Source of the DNA: a virus
Length of the DNA stretch: 38,973 bases
Reading direction: 5' to 3' (one strand)
IMG/VR virus record: IMGVR_UViG_3300001765_000053
Part shown: in pieces, positions 20,340 through 29,024 of the stretch
Position numbering within the stretch: the first letter of the stretch is position 1
Layout of the letters: the number at the start of each line of letters is the position of its first letter
The notes under the pieces: generated by a model
Database searches by the model: none
Told to the model about the DNA's origin: nothing
The model's input: only the letters and a program-made list of their open reading frames with translations
Translations under genes and position numbers: made by a program

Positions 20340-20492
20340 TCACATATTAAATAAAACAAGTCTTTTTAATTTGTCTTCTTCAAGTTTTTCCAATATATGG
20401 TCGTATGTTCTTTTATCAATTCTTAAAACAAGTTCAACTTCATCTTCTAATCGTATTTCAGTAGTTTTCAAAACTTTTACTGTGTAATTCAT
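20340..20492 (-). CDS. Small hypothetical protein
   Basis: ATG at 20492 follows the upstream stop by 1 nt. Confidence 0.55.
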   Translation of the reverse strand: MNYTVKVLKTTEIRLEDEVELVLRIDKRTYDHILEKLEEDKLKRLVLFNM

Positions 20493-20493
20493 T

Positions 20494-20826
20494 TTATTTA
20501 TTCTCTTTCCCATCTTTTGTAAGTGCAAATGCTATAATATCAGAGTAACTTTCTTTAATTCTTAAATATTTCTCTTTATCTTCTTTATTCACAAACCAAC
20601 AACATCTACAAATTTTACATTCTAAATATTCAACTTCTAATGTTTCTTCTTTATGATTTGTTGTTGAAATAAATCCATTTTCTAATTTATGATAATCTTT
20701 TTTACAATATTTATTATATCTATATGACCTTTTAATATCAAACCAAAAACCAAGAACTCTAATTTTTTGAATCCATAATCTATACATTAGTTCATCTTTA
20801 GTTGAATTTTTATCAAGTTTTATCAT
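20494..20826 (-). CDS. Hypothetical protein, possible zinc-binding
   Basis: C....H and C..C motifs. Confidence 0.65.
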   Translation of the reverse strand: MIKLDKNSTKDELMYRLWIQKIRVLGFWFDIKRSYRYNKYCKKDYHKLENGFISTTNHKEETLEVEYLECKICRCCWFVNKEDKEKYLRIKESYSDIIAFALTKDGKENK

Positions 20827-20827
20827 T

Positions 20828-20962
20828 TTAAATTCTCGTTATATGTGTTATATAATAAAAAGCCATACATAATCCAAATAAAACAAATAGTGTTTTTAAA
20901 AATTCAAAAAAAGATTTTAAAAATTTAATTAATCTATTCTTTAATTTTGTTTTAGTAATCAT
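20828..20962 (-). CDS. 44 aa single-TM peptide (not in ORF track)
   Basis: MITKTKLKNRLIKFLKSFFEFLKTLFVLFGLCMAFYYITHITRI; fills the gap. Confidence 0.5.
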   Translation of the reverse strand: MITKTKLKNRLIKFLKSFFEFLKTLFVLFGLCMAFYYITHITRI

Positions 20963-21179
20963 TTTTCTTAATTTTATTCTTAATGAAATCAATTATTTCC
21001 TTTTTACTTTTAATATCATTATCTTCTATTTCATCAATCAAATTTTCATATGCAGTTTTAAATATCTCTTTGAATTGTGTCATATAACAATCTTTACATA
21101 AATCTTCTTTTTTATAATTGAAAGAAATGTTTTCAATTATACAATCACAATTATCACATCTTATTACACTATCTCTCAT
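20952..21179 (-). CDS. Small zinc-finger protein
   Basis: CDNC...DLCKDC. Confidence 0.7.
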   Translation of the reverse strand: MRDSVIRCDNCDCIIENISFNYKKEDLCKDCYMTQFKEIFKTAYENLIDEIEDNDIKSKKEIIDFIKNKIKKNDY

Positions 21180-21182
21180 TTT

Positions 21183-21329
21183 TTAATTCCAATATTTTGG
21201 GTCTCCATATAATTCTATTATTTTATACATACTTTTTTTTTCAATGTTTGCTCTATTTTTAACTTTTATATAATCACTTTCATTATTATTTATTCTTTCT
21301 AAAATTTGTCTTATTTGATATTCTTCCAT
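21183..21329 (-). CDS. 48 aa hypothetical protein (not in ORF track)
   Basis: MEEYQIRQILERINNNESDYIKVKNRANIEKKSMYKIIELYGDPKYWN; tight junctions on both sides. Confidence 0.55.
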   Translation of the reverse strand: MEEYQIRQILERINNNESDYIKVKNRANIEKKSMYKIIELYGDPKYWN

Positions 21330-21330
21330 T

Positions 21331-22728
21331 TTACCATTCTATTGTATTTCTTTTTTCTATTGTTTTAATATTATTATTTTTCCCCAATTGACCTTCTTTT
21401 ATTTTATCAAACTTTTCTCTTAAAGGAATTAAATCATCAGCCTCTGTTTTATCATCTCTAAATCTAACATTAGAACTTAAATCTGTATGTGGTGCTTTAA
21501 ATCTTGGAAATCTAAGACCATTATCAAGTATTTCATTATACCAAATATCAACAAATTTACCAACCAATTGTTCTTTACCCATTTCTGTAAGCATATCAAT
21601 ATCTTCTTCTGTAAGACCAGAACCAACTTTTGTTTTAACATTACCATATTTATCTTTAATATGTAATGCAGAAATTTTTAAAGTATTTTTTCCAGAACCA
21701 AGTTCAACATCAACTATTTCAAATGTTCCTTCATATACTGGTTTCATTTTCCACCAATATTTTCTACTTCCATACTCATATAAACCATTTTCTGGTTTTA
21801 TTATAATACCTTCTCCACCATTGGATACTATTTTTTCAAATATTTCAACAATTGATGTTGGATTATTTACAATAAATGTTTCTGGAAGTCCAACATAATT
21901 ATTTTCAACAATATTTGATTTTAACCAATTAAATCTTTCTTTTTGTGTTTTATTTGTAAAAATAATTTCATTAAATTTAATTATATCAAATATTTTATAT
22001 TGAAATTCATTTACTTTTATTTGACTATTACTTCTAATTTTTTTCATTAAAGTATTAAAATCTATTAAAGATATTATTTCACCATCAAAAATAAAATCAT
22101 CATCAAAATATTTATTTAAAAAATATTCTCTTAATATATTTAAAGAATAAAATTCTTTATTATCTCTTGATAAAAATGAAATATTGTTTCCAGATTTAAT
22201 TATATAACATCTGCATCCATCATATTTGTGTTGAACATAGTTTGTTTCATTTGGATTTAAACCATTCCAATCAAGAACTTTTTTATTAGTATCAAGAATT
22301 ACACTTTCACATAATTGTAATTCAAATACTTCTTTTGGTTCAAAACCTTGCTTAATAAGTGCTTTATTATATGATTTTATACCAACAGTTGGAAAATCGT
22401 GTAATATTGCTCTAATATACCATTTTTTTGCTCTTGAATCATATCTTGATAAAAAATCACCAAAACTATCAATCTTTGCATTTCCAGATAAAGATTTCAT
22501 AAATTCAATTTGTTGTTTAAATGATTTTTGTTCTATAAATAATTTATTTGTATTATCAAGCATTTTATTAATAGATGTTTCTGCAATACCATAAATATCA
22601 CTATTGTATAAAATATATAAAAATTCTCTTGTATCTTCATCTTTTATTGCTTCTTGCAACATTTCTATTTTTTTATTTGTTCCTTTTGTCAATACTATTT
22701 CATCAAGAAGTTCAAAGTTTGGTTTCAT
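21331..22728 (-). CDS. lig: ATP-dependent DNA ligase, viral type
   Basis: KYDGCR (KxDG), FDGEI, IFDI, EGIIIK, WKMK; OB-fold VGSG and LRFPRF. Confidence 0.93.
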   Translation of the reverse strand: MKPNFELLDEIVLTKGTNKKIEMLQEAIKDEDTREFLYILYNSDIYGIAETSINKMLDNTNKLFIEQKSFKQQIEFMKSLSGNAKIDSFGDFLSRYDSRAKKWYIRAILHDFPTVGIKSYNKALIKQGFEPKEVFELQLCESVILDTNKKVLDWNGLNPNETNYVQHKYDGCRCYIIKSGNNISFLSRDNKEFYSLNILREYFLNKYFDDDFIFDGEIISLIDFNTLMKKIRSNSQIKVNEFQYKIFDIIKFNEIIFTNKTQKERFNWLKSNIVENNYVGLPETFIVNNPTSIVEIFEKIVSNGGEGIIIKPENGLYEYGSRKYWWKMKPVYEGTFEIVDVELGSGKNTLKISALHIKDKYGNVKTKVGSGLTEEDIDMLTEMGKEQLVGKFVDIWYNEILDNGLRFPRFKAPHTDLSSNVRFRDDKTEADDLIPLREKFDKIKEGQLGKNNNIKTIEKRNTIEW

Positions 22729-22757
22729 AATTAAGAATTATTTTATTAATTTAAATA
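22726..22757 (-). promoter_or_regulatory. Repeated TATA promoter/start block, copy 1 (ligase)
   Basis: TATTTAAA-N21-ATG ending in AATAATTCTTAATTATG. Confidence 0.65.
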
Positions 22758-23551
22758 CTTTTGTATTCATTTTTTATTTTTTCTAATTTTATATCTAAAT
22801 CATTTAATTTTTTCAAATTGTTTTGTGTTTCTCTTTCTAATCTATTTATATCATTATATTTTTTAGACTTTTCAATATATAATTCTGATATTTTATTATG
22901 TTCTTCTAATAATTTATCATATTTAATTTCTATATTTTTATAATTTTCAATTTCTTCTTTTGTTTTATTTGATTTAAAATTATCTATTCTTTTCATTATA
23001 TTATTTATACTTATATTGATTCTAACAATTTTATTATTTAATTTATTTATATCTATTTTTTTTTTATTTTCTAATTCTAAATTGTGTAATTTCTCATTTA
23101 AACTAATATATTTCTCATTTAAACTATCTAAATATAGTTTTTTTTCATATAATTCTTTATCAATTGGATTTTCTAATTCTTTATTTACATTTTCAATTTG
23201 AATTTCAATATCTTCAATTTTATTTTCCATTTTTTTAACTTTTGTATAACAATTATCTAATAATATAGTATTATAATTTTTATCTATTTTATTTTGTGTC
23301 ATAACAAATTCTATTTTATCATTATTTTTATATGTTTTATAAATATAATATTTTTTACACATAGAATTATTTTCATTGAATATTAAATAAATTATTTCAA
23401 GTTTTACTAAAAAATCTAATAATACTTCAATTTCTTCTTTTTTTATATTCATATGTTGATATGGTATATTTTTTGATTGTATTGCAAATTCAGTAATAGA
23501 AAAAAATTCAATCAATTCCATTGTATTATTAATAAATCTTGTTATTTCCAT
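22751..23551 (-). CDS. Coiled-coil hypothetical protein (extremely AT-rich)
   Basis: Heptad-like K/E/N/L pattern over the C-terminal two thirds. Confidence 0.7.
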   Translation of the reverse strand: MEITRFINNTMELIEFFSITEFAIQSKNIPYQHMNIKKEEIEVLLDFLVKLEIIYLIFNENNSMCKKYYIYKTYKNNDKIEFVMTQNKIDKNYNTILLDNCYTKVKKMENKIEDIEIQIENVNKELENPIDKELYEKKLYLDSLNEKYISLNEKLHNLELENKKKIDINKLNNKIVRINISINNIMKRIDNFKSNKTKEEIENYKNIEIKYDKLLEEHNKISELYIEKSKKYNDINRLERETQNNLKKLNDLDIKLEKIKNEYKSI

Positions 23552-23580
23552 AATTAAGAATTATTTTATTTATTTAAATA
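23549..23580 (-). promoter_or_regulatory. Repeated TATA promoter/start block, copy 2
   Basis: 31 of 32 nt identical to 22726-22757. Confidence 0.65.
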
Positions 23581-23590
23581 TTTTTCTATT

Positions 23591-24895
23591 TTAAAAATTC
23601 AATTTTTTTTGAAGACTTGCATTGTGTATTCTCTTTTGTGCTATTTCAAAATATTCTTTATCAATTTCAAAACCAATATATTGTCTTTCTAAATTTTTAC
23701 AAGCAACAATTGTTGAGCCACTACCAATAAATGGGTCTAAAACAATAGCATTTTTTCTTGATACAAGTTTTATTAAATATTCCATTAAATCAACTGGTTT
23801 AACTGTTGGATGATTATTATTGTTATTTGTTGCTTTCTCACTTTCATATTTTCCACTTTCAGAATTAACATCATCAATATAATCAACAATACCACCCCCA
23901 CCACCAGTCTGTTTTTTATTTAAATTTTCACATCCTTTATTTCTTTCTTCATTGCTTGTTTTTGCACAATAAAAAAATCTTGAAGCAGAACCAGAACCAG
24001 AGTTTATTGGTATTCTATTGCTGTTATCATATTCATAAGTTCCATTGCCTATTTTATTAACATAACCAGTAATTTTAACTAATGGAATTGAATTTCCAGC
24101 ACCATTTGTATTTGGAAATAAATCTAATACTTCTTTTGAACCATTATGAATAAAGTTTGCTGGAAATCTACCAAATTGATTCATTTCTTGAAATTTATTT
24201 CCCATATTATTATCATTAAATCCATATTTAGATGGTAATGGTCCATCTTTTTGTTCTCTACCAAGTTCTTCATTTGTTGATATTCTACACGCATCAATAT
24301 TAATTCCACCAGTTCCCCATTTCAAAACATTTTCTACAACAGTTTTTTCACTTAAAGGTTTTCTTGCTACTGTTATTGGTTCAAGTGCTGGTTTAAGTGC
24401 AGTTCCCCAACCTTCCCATTCAGAAGTTCCTTTGGTAATTACTCCAGTTCCTTCTGCTTTTAATCCAAATTCTCCAACTTGCCCATTTTTGTGGTTCTTT
24501 TCTGAATTAATCCTCAATGCACTTTTATCTATACCAATAAATTCTCTCTCGTTCCCTTGTAATTTATCAACTGCCTTTCCAATATTCAAACTTTTTGGAA
24601 ATCCAGAACCATATACCCACGCAATCATATCTCTTATTTCAAAACCAGCGTCTTCAATTCTTACTGCCATTCTATGTTGAGTTCTTGTTCCAGCAAAAGC
24701 AAGTAAATAACCACCATATTTTAAAACTCTTAAACACTCTTTCCATATTTCTACACTTGGAACATCATAATCCCATTTTTTCCCCATAAAAGATAAACCA
24801 TAAGGTGGGTCTGTTATTATACAATCAACACTATTATCTGGTAATTGTTTTAATCCTTCAAGACAATCCATATTATAAATCTTATTAAATTCCAT
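23591..24895 (-). CDS. Orphan beta-class N6-adenine/N4-cytosine DNA methyltransferase
   Basis: N-terminal ITDPPYG (motif IV); C-terminal HPTVKP and VLDPFIGSGST (motif I); no adjacent restriction enzyme recognised. Confidence 0.93.
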   Translation of the reverse strand: MEFNKIYNMDCLEGLKQLPDNSVDCIITDPPYGLSFMGKKWDYDVPSVEIWKECLRVLKYGGYLLAFAGTRTQHRMAVRIEDAGFEIRDMIAWVYGSGFPKSLNIGKAVDKLQGNEREFIGIDKSALRINSEKNHKNGQVGEFGLKAEGTGVITKGTSEWEGWGTALKPALEPITVARKPLSEKTVVENVLKWGTGGINIDACRISTNEELGREQKDGPLPSKYGFNDNNMGNKFQEMNQFGRFPANFIHNGSKEVLDLFPNTNGAGNSIPLVKITGYVNKIGNGTYEYDNSNRIPINSGSGSASRFFYCAKTSNEERNKGCENLNKKQTGGGGGIVDYIDDVNSESGKYESEKATNNNNNHPTVKPVDLMEYLIKLVSRKNAIVLDPFIGSGSTIVACKNLERQYIGFEIDKEYFEIAQKRIHNASLQKKLNF

Positions 24896-24924
24896 AATTA
24901 AGAATTATTATTTGTGTTTATAAA
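24893..24924 (-). promoter_or_regulatory. Repeated TATA promoter/start block, copy 3 (methyltransferase)
   Basis: TTTATAAA-N21-ATG with the same 17 nt AATAATTCTTAATTATG. Confidence 0.6.
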
Positions 24925-24944
24925 TTTTTTGTATTTTAAAAATA

Positions 24945-25196
24945 TTATTTGATTTCTTTTAATCTATCAATAACTTGTTTTATATATGGCTTTGCTACTT
25001 TCATATTTATTGTTGTAACTGGGTCTTGTTTATCTATAATATCATTATATAATATCCAAAAATCATCTAAACTTTTATGATAACCATTATTAAATTTTTC
25101 AAAACCAGAAATATCTACAATGTGACTACAACTTAATGTATAAAAATATGCTTTTTTATCAACTGTTACTACTTTAAAACATTTTGGACATATCAT
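24945..25196 (-). CDS. Small zinc-ribbon protein
   Basis: CPKC...CSH. Confidence 0.65.
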   Translation of the reverse strand: MICPKCFKVVTVDKKAYFYTLSCSHIVDISGFEKFNNGYHKSLDDFWILYNDIIDKQDPVTTINMKVAKPYIKQVIDRLKEIK

Positions 25197-25240
25197 TTTA
25201 ATAAATAATATTATTATATTATTTAAAAACTTAATCTAAA

Positions 25241-25489
25241 TTAATTAAATCTTTGTTCAAGTCTTTCTTTATGTTTATGAGAATACCAATATATTCTATT
25301 TTTCAAATCTTTTTTACATATAATTTCATTTAAATATAAATTATCTAAACTTCTTTTGCAGATTTTCCAAGAAAATTTTGTGTGTTTAGATAATTGACTT
25401 GTTGTTATCATTCTACAAGAAGCAAGTATTACTCTTACAAGTTTACTTTCATATTTATCTAAATCTTCTGGTTTATTTAATATTTTCAT
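25241..25489 (-). CDS. Winged helix-turn-helix protein
   Basis: TTSQLSKHTKFSWKICKRSLDNL followed by a beta-hairpin ending IYW. Confidence 0.7.
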   Translation of the reverse strand: MKILNKPEDLDKYESKLVRVILASCRMITTSQLSKHTKFSWKICKRSLDNLYLNEIICKKDLKNRIYWYSHKHKERLEQRFN

Positions 25490-25866
25490 TCTAATGTAAT
25501 AAAATCTTTAAATTCTGTGGATAATCTTTCATCACTTTCGTGTATTGTAAAAAATTCAACTTCTTTCATATCAAGATAGTAACATAATATTTCTTCCCAA
25601 TTAGAAGGATTTGCTACATTTTCAGCAATCTTACACAATGAAAACATATTTGTTGCGTTTTTGATTGTAAGTTCTCCTAAATCTTTTAATTTAGTTTCTT
25701 CTGATGGTATATCAATTCCACCATATTCATTATATTCTAAATCTTCATTATTAAAAAGTTTATCATATTTAAACTTATTATAATCTGGATAATGTCCATC
25801 AATACTCAACTTTGTCACCACTTTTATTTTAAGTGATGGTATTATTAGATAATTATAACTTCCCAT
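25486..25866 (-). CDS. Hypothetical protein
   Basis: ATGA overlap with the next gene. Confidence 0.65.
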   Translation of the reverse strand: MGSYNYLIIPSLKIKVVTKLSIDGHYPDYNKFKYDKLFNNEDLEYNEYGGIDIPSEETKLKDLGELTIKNATNMFSLCKIAENVANPSNWEEILCYYLDMKEVEFFTIHESDERLSTEFKDFITLE

Positions 25867-25868
25867 TT

Positions 25869-26258
25869 TTATTTAAATTTTTTCATATTTGTAAATTCTT
25901 GTAATATTTCAAGAACAATTTTTTGTTGTTCTTCTTGTGAATAATTTGATTTTTGTAAATTTTCTAACCTATTAAATATATCTATCATTGTATCTGTTCG
26001 TTCTATTTTAATTTTTAAAACATTAAGAACTGATTTTGAATTATCTTCAAACTTTATTACCATACCATCAAATGTTTCAAAGTGTAATCTATCAAGTTCT
26101 TTCATCAATGGAAATGTTTTTTCAGTTATATTATTTCTTTGTTCAAGTTTTAATGCTGTGTTTGAATAATAAACTTCTTGATGTTTTACATATTTAATGA
26201 TTTCATCAATGTTATTTTGTGTTTCTTCAATCTTTTTAATAATATCATTTGAGTTCAT
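25869..26258 (-). CDS. Hypothetical helical protein
   Basis: 129 aa ORF in a tightly packed series. Confidence 0.65.
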   Translation of the reverse strand: MNSNDIIKKIEETQNNIDEIIKYVKHQEVYYSNTALKLEQRNNITEKTFPLMKELDRLHFETFDGMVIKFEDNSKSVLNVLKIKIERTDTMIDIFNRLENLQKSNYSQEEQQKIVLEILQEFTNMKKFK

Positions 26259-26589
26259 TTTCTAATTGTTCTAAAATTATATATGCTTTTTCAAGAGCAA
26301 CATATTCAACTCCATTTCCAGAATTAACATTAAATATTAAATCTGTTGTTCCCCTATCTTTATACCAACAAATTACAATAAATCCATCTTCGTGTGGTAA
26401 TGGTGCAATTCTATTTTCTGTGTTTTTATTATATATTATAAATTCATTTTCTTCTGCAATATCTCTAAATCTATTCATTAAAGCACAATTCCAATTTTGT
26501 TTTACGAAATCACCCATATCATTAAAACCACAAATTGCATCACTTCCTTGCCAATTTTTTTTTCTTTCTTTACAATATTTACATACCAT
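26245..26589 (-). CDS. Cys/Trp-rich hypothetical protein, virus-like
   Basis: CKYC, WQGSD..C.F, NWNCA.MN, WYK.RG.T. Confidence 0.7.
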   Translation of the reverse strand: MVCKYCKERKKNWQGSDAICGFNDMGDFVKQNWNCALMNRFRDIAEENEFIIYNKNTENRIAPLPHEDGFIVICWYKDRGTTDLIFNVNSGNGVEYVALEKAYIILEQLENELK

Positions 26590-26974
26590 TTTTTATTTTT
26601 ATAAATTCTTCTATATTGTTTTTATTATTTATTGAACAAAATTCTTCAACATTTATGATTGATTCTTGATTACCTTCAACTATTTTATCATTAAATCTTA
26701 TATATCCAGCATAAAAAGGATTTTCTATTATATTTTTTACAAAAATTTTTCTTGGATTTTTCATATAATCAAATAATTTTAATTGTTTTGCTATTTTATA
26801 ATATCCATTTTCTTCTTTTCTTAATATGAATATTTTTTTAACAACTTCAATTTCTTCTTTATTGAAAACAATTTTACCAGATTGCAATCTTTTATAACCA
26901 AATGGTAATCTTGATATATGATTTCCACCAATAAAAGATATTTTTTTATTTCTATTAAGTCTTGTGTTGCTCAC
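26579..26974 (-). CDS. Stand-alone DNA-binding Recombinase domain of large serine recombinases (no catalytic domain)
   Basis: PFGY, EE.EVVKKIF, G...IA..L, V..I..NP.Y.G, G..E.II..E.F; GTG start overlapping the upstream TGA. Confidence 0.8.
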   Translation of the reverse strand: MSNTRLNRNKKISFIGGNHISRLPFGYKRLQSGKIVFNKEEIEVVKKIFILRKEENGYYKIAKQLKLFDYMKNPRKIFVKNIIENPFYAGYIRFNDKIVEGNQESIINVEEFCSINNKNNIEEFIKIKNGM

Positions 26975-27201
26975 TTTTCTATAATGGATTTATAATATTC
27001 ATTTCTAACTTGTTTCATAAATTTTCTTTCATTTATAACAAAATAATTTAATAGTGATAATGATTTGTGCAATTTACTAATATATCTAAATTCAATATTA
27101 TCTATTTCTTGCAATTGCATACTCAATTTATTAATTGTATCTGTATGCTGTGCTATTTGATTTAATATATTTGCTCTTTTATCATAATTTTCTTGATTCA
27201 T
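26971..27201 (-). CDS. Small hypothetical protein
   Basis: Overlapping start/stop junctions on both sides. Confidence 0.65.
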   Translation of the reverse strand: MNQENYDKRANILNQIAQHTDTINKLSMQLQEIDNIEFRYISKLHKSLSLLNYFVINERKFMKQVRNEYYKSIIEK

Positions 27202-27554
27202 TTTATATCTTCTCTTATAACTTTTGTATATTGTTTATCATCTAATTTTAATAATAAAATTTCTGATTTATTTACATAATAAACTATATTATTACTACCT
27301 TTATATTTAATAAAATTTTTTGTTTGGTCTAAAACTGTTACAATATTTGTAAATTTATGTGTTGCAATAAGATATTTTTCATCAATTTGTATTTCAAAGA
27401 AATTTGTTTCATCTACTTTATTTTGTTTTTCAATCAATTCTCTATTTAATGTTATATATTTTCTTAATTCATTATTTTGCAATTCAATTATTGTTTGTTG
27501 TTCTTTAATCTTATTTTGCAATTCTTCTTTAGTTGCAGAATTTAAATTATCCAT
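27198..27554 (-). CDS. Hypothetical protein with N-terminal coiled coil; first gene of an operon
   Basis: TTTATAAA at 27577-27584, 22 nt before the ATG. Confidence 0.65.
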   Translation of the reverse strand: MDNLNSATKEELQNKIKEQQTIIELQNNELRKYITLNRELIEKQNKVDETNFFEIQIDEKYLIATHKFTNIVTVLDQTKNFIKYKGSNNIVYYVNKSEILLLKLDDKQYTKVIREDIK

Positions 27555-27724
27555 AAAATTATTATTATATCTTCTCTTTATAAACTTTATTATTTTTAGT
27601 AAAAAATATAAAACAAAAAGTTTATAAATATATATAACATAAATATTTTATGTCAAGTCTTTTAGATTTGACAAATCTATTTTCCTTTAATATAATTTTT
27701 TGATTGTTGATATTATTTATAATA

Positions 27725-28177
27725 TCATTTTTTATTGATAATATCAATTACTTTATTTATTTGAAGTTCTATTTCATCTTTAGTCATAATAATTTTATTT
27801 GGTTTATATTTTCTACTTTTTTGAAAATTTGTATTATTATATTTTGTATCAAAATAGTGTATATAAAAAATTTCAAAAAACAATTTTTCATAATTTTTTT
27901 TAAATTCAATTACACTAACTTTATATTTATTATTTATGTATTGACTTAAATATGAATTTCCTAAATGATTTGAAATTCTATTCCTAACATTATTTGATTG
28001 ACCAATATATACTAATTCATTATTTTCATCAAAAATAAAATATACACCAGATATTTGTGGTATATTTTTATTTTTATATGATATTAATAAATTATCATTA
28101 ATCATTTCTTCTGAAATAATATTTATTTTTTCTAAATTTAATGGATTTATACTATTTATTGTAATTTTATTATCCAT
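27725..28177 (-). CDS. GIY-YIG nuclease domain protein
   Basis: SGVY, VYIGQS.N...R...H, E..YI.....YN. Start probably ATG 28177, overlapping the recombinase end. Confidence 0.85.
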   Translation of the reverse strand: MDNKITINSINPLNLEKINIISEEMINDNLLISYKNKNIPQISGVYFIFDENNELVYIGQSNNVRNRISNHLGNSYLSQYINNKYKVSVIEFKKNYEKLFFEIFYIHYFDTKYNNTNFQKSRKYKPNKIIMTKDEIELQINKVIDIINKK

Positions 28178-28841
28178 TTTTATTGTTTTTAAATACACCA
28201 GTTAGATAAGATTCTTGATGTGCAATACTTTCTGTTTTATAATGCTTCATAGTAGTTTTTAAATCTTTATGTCTTAATTGTGTCTTAACAAATATTGGTT
28301 CTGGTCTTTCACCATTGGGAAATCTAAATTCACCAGTCATATAATTTGTGAATGTGCTTCTTAATGCGTGTGTAGTAATATGTCTATTAATTATTTTACT
28401 AAAGTGCATTTTTACTCTTTTTTCTGTGATATTTTGTCTTGACATTTGTAATCCATCTTTATTATTTTCATAAAAATAATAAATTTGATTTGAAATATCT
28501 TGTTCAAATATGAAAATTGCAGTTTCCCATACAACTTTTTGTTTAAATTTTGCGTATTTTAATGAACCATCTTTATAGTGTTGTTTTCTATTTGATTTAT
28601 CTTCTATTGGAATTATTATTTTTAATACTCTATTTGTTCCAAAATTTACCCAATCTAACCAATCAAATCTCATTTCTGCGATTTCTGTTACTCTTAAACC
28701 AGCATAACAACCAAGAAGTAATATAATTTTTAAATTTTCAATCAATTTGATTTTTTCATCTGGTGTTAAAGATAACTGTTTTGCACTTCCCCTTTTATTT
28801 TTTTCTTTTTTAGTATCATCTAAATTAATTTCAATTACCAT
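28170..28841 (-). CDS. Tyrosine recombinase/integrase (catalytic domain only, 223 aa)
   Basis: AGLRVTE, HALR, LRH....T...Y. Start moved to ATG 28841, with TTTATAAA at 28864-28871. Confidence 0.9.
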   Translation of the reverse strand: MVIEINLDDTKKEKNKRGSAKQLSLTPDEKIKLIENLKIILLLGCYAGLRVTEIAEMRFDWLDWVNFGTNRVLKIIIPIEDKSNRKQHYKDGSLKYAKFKQKVVWETAIFIFEQDISNQIYYFYENNKDGLQMSRQNITEKRVKMHFSKIINRHITTHALRSTFTNYMTGEFRFPNGERPEPIFVKTQLRHKDLKTTMKHYKTESIAHQESYLTGVFKNNKNG

Positions 28842-28870
28842 AATATTGAAAAAAAATTTAATATTTATAA

Positions 28871-29024
28871 AGTTTACTAATTTAATTTTTTTGTAAACTA
28901 AAAACAATAAGTTTACAATAATGATTTTTTAGTAAACTTTTTTAAAACTTTTACTTTTATTAAATATATGAAAATTATGAAATGTATAATATGAAGTTTA
29001 CAGATAGTGTTATCATCAGTAAAC
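28871..29024. promoter_or_regulatory. Three GTTTAC-N15/15/17-GTAAAC inverted-repeat sites (candidate recombinase core or operator sites)
   Basis: 28871-28899, 28910-28938 and 28996-29024, directly upstream of the recombinase. Confidence 0.55.

Noticed and set aside
23591-28177. Restriction-modification pair formed by the methyltransferase and the GIY-YIG nuclease
   Set aside because: They are 2.8 kb apart in different transcription units, and the nuclease is coupled to the recombinase instead.
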